A DNA stretch of 64,000 nucleotides, from positions 32,428 through 96,427 of the forward strand of contig JACROD010000023.1 in NCBI GenBank assembly GCA_016214605.1, in the 5' to 3' direction. Source of the DNA: Candidatus Kaiserbacteria bacterium (GTDB lineage Bacteria > Patescibacteriota > Minisyncoccia > Phycocordibacterales > UBA2100). The notes below the pieces were generated by a model. It had not been told where the DNA came from. It saw only the letters and a list, made by a program, of their open reading frames with translations, and ran no database searches. Shown here piece after piece: positions 63,136 to 64,000 of this stretch. Position 1 is the first letter of the stretch. Each line of letters opens with the position of its first letter. The position numbers and the translations under genes were made by a program.

Positions 63136-64000
63136 TTACCGTGCTTTTTCTACCCGCAGACGCAGGTCGGAGAGGGCGTTCATGTAGGCTATGTAGGCGT
63201 CGTAGGGAGAATCATAGGGGGAGAAATAGGCGTGGACATCGCCATCGGCGAACCATTTGGTACACATATAGTAAAAATGGTCCGAGGTCTGCATCTTGCG
63301 CCAGTCTTCGAGGAGGCGGCCATCGTTGGCAAGCATCACATCCTCGCCCATCGCATAGATCGCATCGATCGCGGCTCTCTGCATGGGATTGCCTGTCCAG
63401 GCAGTGAGGTCGCGATCGGTGTCGGCCCAGGTGACCGTGTGTGGCATATCTACCTGATCACGCGGAGCGTAGCTCTGGATCACCTGTGTCGGCGTTTTAA
63501 AATCAATGCCCGGATTCTTGAAAAGCTCCTCGGGCAACTGCTCAAGAAAATGGAAGATGCCAGTGTCTTCCCATTGATGTTCACCGAAGGTCTCGTAGTC
63601 CATGAAGAGATTGATCGTGTCGCCCTCGGCCTCCCCTATCCACTGGCCAAATTTTTCGGTCGTGAGCGGCCACTCGGACCACTGCTTGGACGAAAAGCGG
63701 AATGCGATGTCGTCGGAAAAACGATAATTCTTGAGGAGGAGGCGGATATTGCTCGTGTCTTTGGGCTGATAGACATAATTGGGACTGCGCCAACCAAGTA
63801 TCGGATCCCACCCTTCGGCGAGAATGCCGACATAGCCACGGCTGTCGGCCCACTGCGCGAGGTCGTTGCGATATGAGAGTTCGGTATTGCGAAACACACG
63901 CGGCCATACGCCGAAGGTCTTACGGATGAGATCGCGATGTTTGTTGACCTGCATCTCGAATTCGAGCGGCGAATAGAAGAATGCGAGGGAATGATAGTAG
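63136..64000 (-). CDS. Glycoside hydrolase family 57-like alpha-glucan enzyme (C-terminal part; the N-terminus lies beyond the window end)
   Basis: The frame stays open to position 64000. The motif ...INLFMDYETFGEHQWEDTG... resembles the GH57 acid/base region (DGE(L/T)FGHxW). Confidence 0.45.
   Translation of the reverse strand, partial: YYHSLAFFYSPLEFEMQVNKHRDLIRKTFGVWPRVFRNTELSYRNDLAQWADSRGYVGILAEGWDPILGWRSPNYVYQPKDTSNIRLLLKNYRFSDDIAFRFSSKQWSEWPLTTEKFGQWIGEAEGDTINLFMDYETFGEHQWEDTGIFHFLEQLPEELFKNPGIDFKTPTQVIQSYAPRDQVDMPHTVTWADTDRDLTAWTGNPMQRAAIDAIYAMGEDVMLANDGRLLEDWRKMQTSDHFYYMCTKWFADGDVHAYFSPYDSPYDAYIAYMNALSDLRLRVEKAR

Overview
This 64-kb window is a gene-dense bacterial chromosomal segment that carries a complete type V-A CRISPR-Cas locus (36.2-45.1 kb, all on the minus strand). 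The locus has a 1291-aa single-protein RuvC-only effector (Cas12a/Cpf1-type), then cas4, cas1, cas2, a ~195-bp leader and a 46-repeat array. The 36-nt repeats end in AATTTCTACTGTTGTAGAT, and the array's degenerate terminal repeat sits directly against the stop codon of cyoE.

The surrounding genes are mostly housekeeping:
- partial dnaK, then a PaaX-like gene flanked by palindromes, then grpE
- ribosomal genes rplM-rpsI, infA-rpmJ-rpsM-rpsK-rpsD-rpoA-rplQ
- alaS and an RpoH-like sigma factor
- an M16 peptidase pair
- a ung / MGMT-like / Cas4-like nuclease repair cluster
- MgtC, mnmA, mltG and mscL
- a cytochrome-o-type quinol oxidase operon cyoABCD, with a hicBA toxin-antitoxin pair wedged before cyoE
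- an ABC-2 exporter
- a thymidylate-synthesis supercluster folA, HNH-AP2 endonuclease, CYTH, dcd, thyA, MazG-like, tmk and glyA
- a sugar module of ROK-like kinase, cupin-type PGI, GH15 and GH57

Beyond the CRISPR locus, several repeat and structure families stand out:
- an 84-nt element built from tandem heptamers (TTGACAG x4, 26 nt, ACTGTAA x4) duplicated in two intergenic gaps of the ribosomal/rpoA operon
- a CTCCTGTAATT...AATTACAGGAG palindrome family (3 copies)
- a family of AATATTCCTA inverted-repeat elements plus a duplicated terminator at 61-62.5 kb
- a 19-bp palindrome present twice in the cyo operon
- a structured spacer between cas12a and cas4

No rRNA or tRNA genes were recognised. 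All calls come from reading the sequence and ORF translations; no database search was possible.
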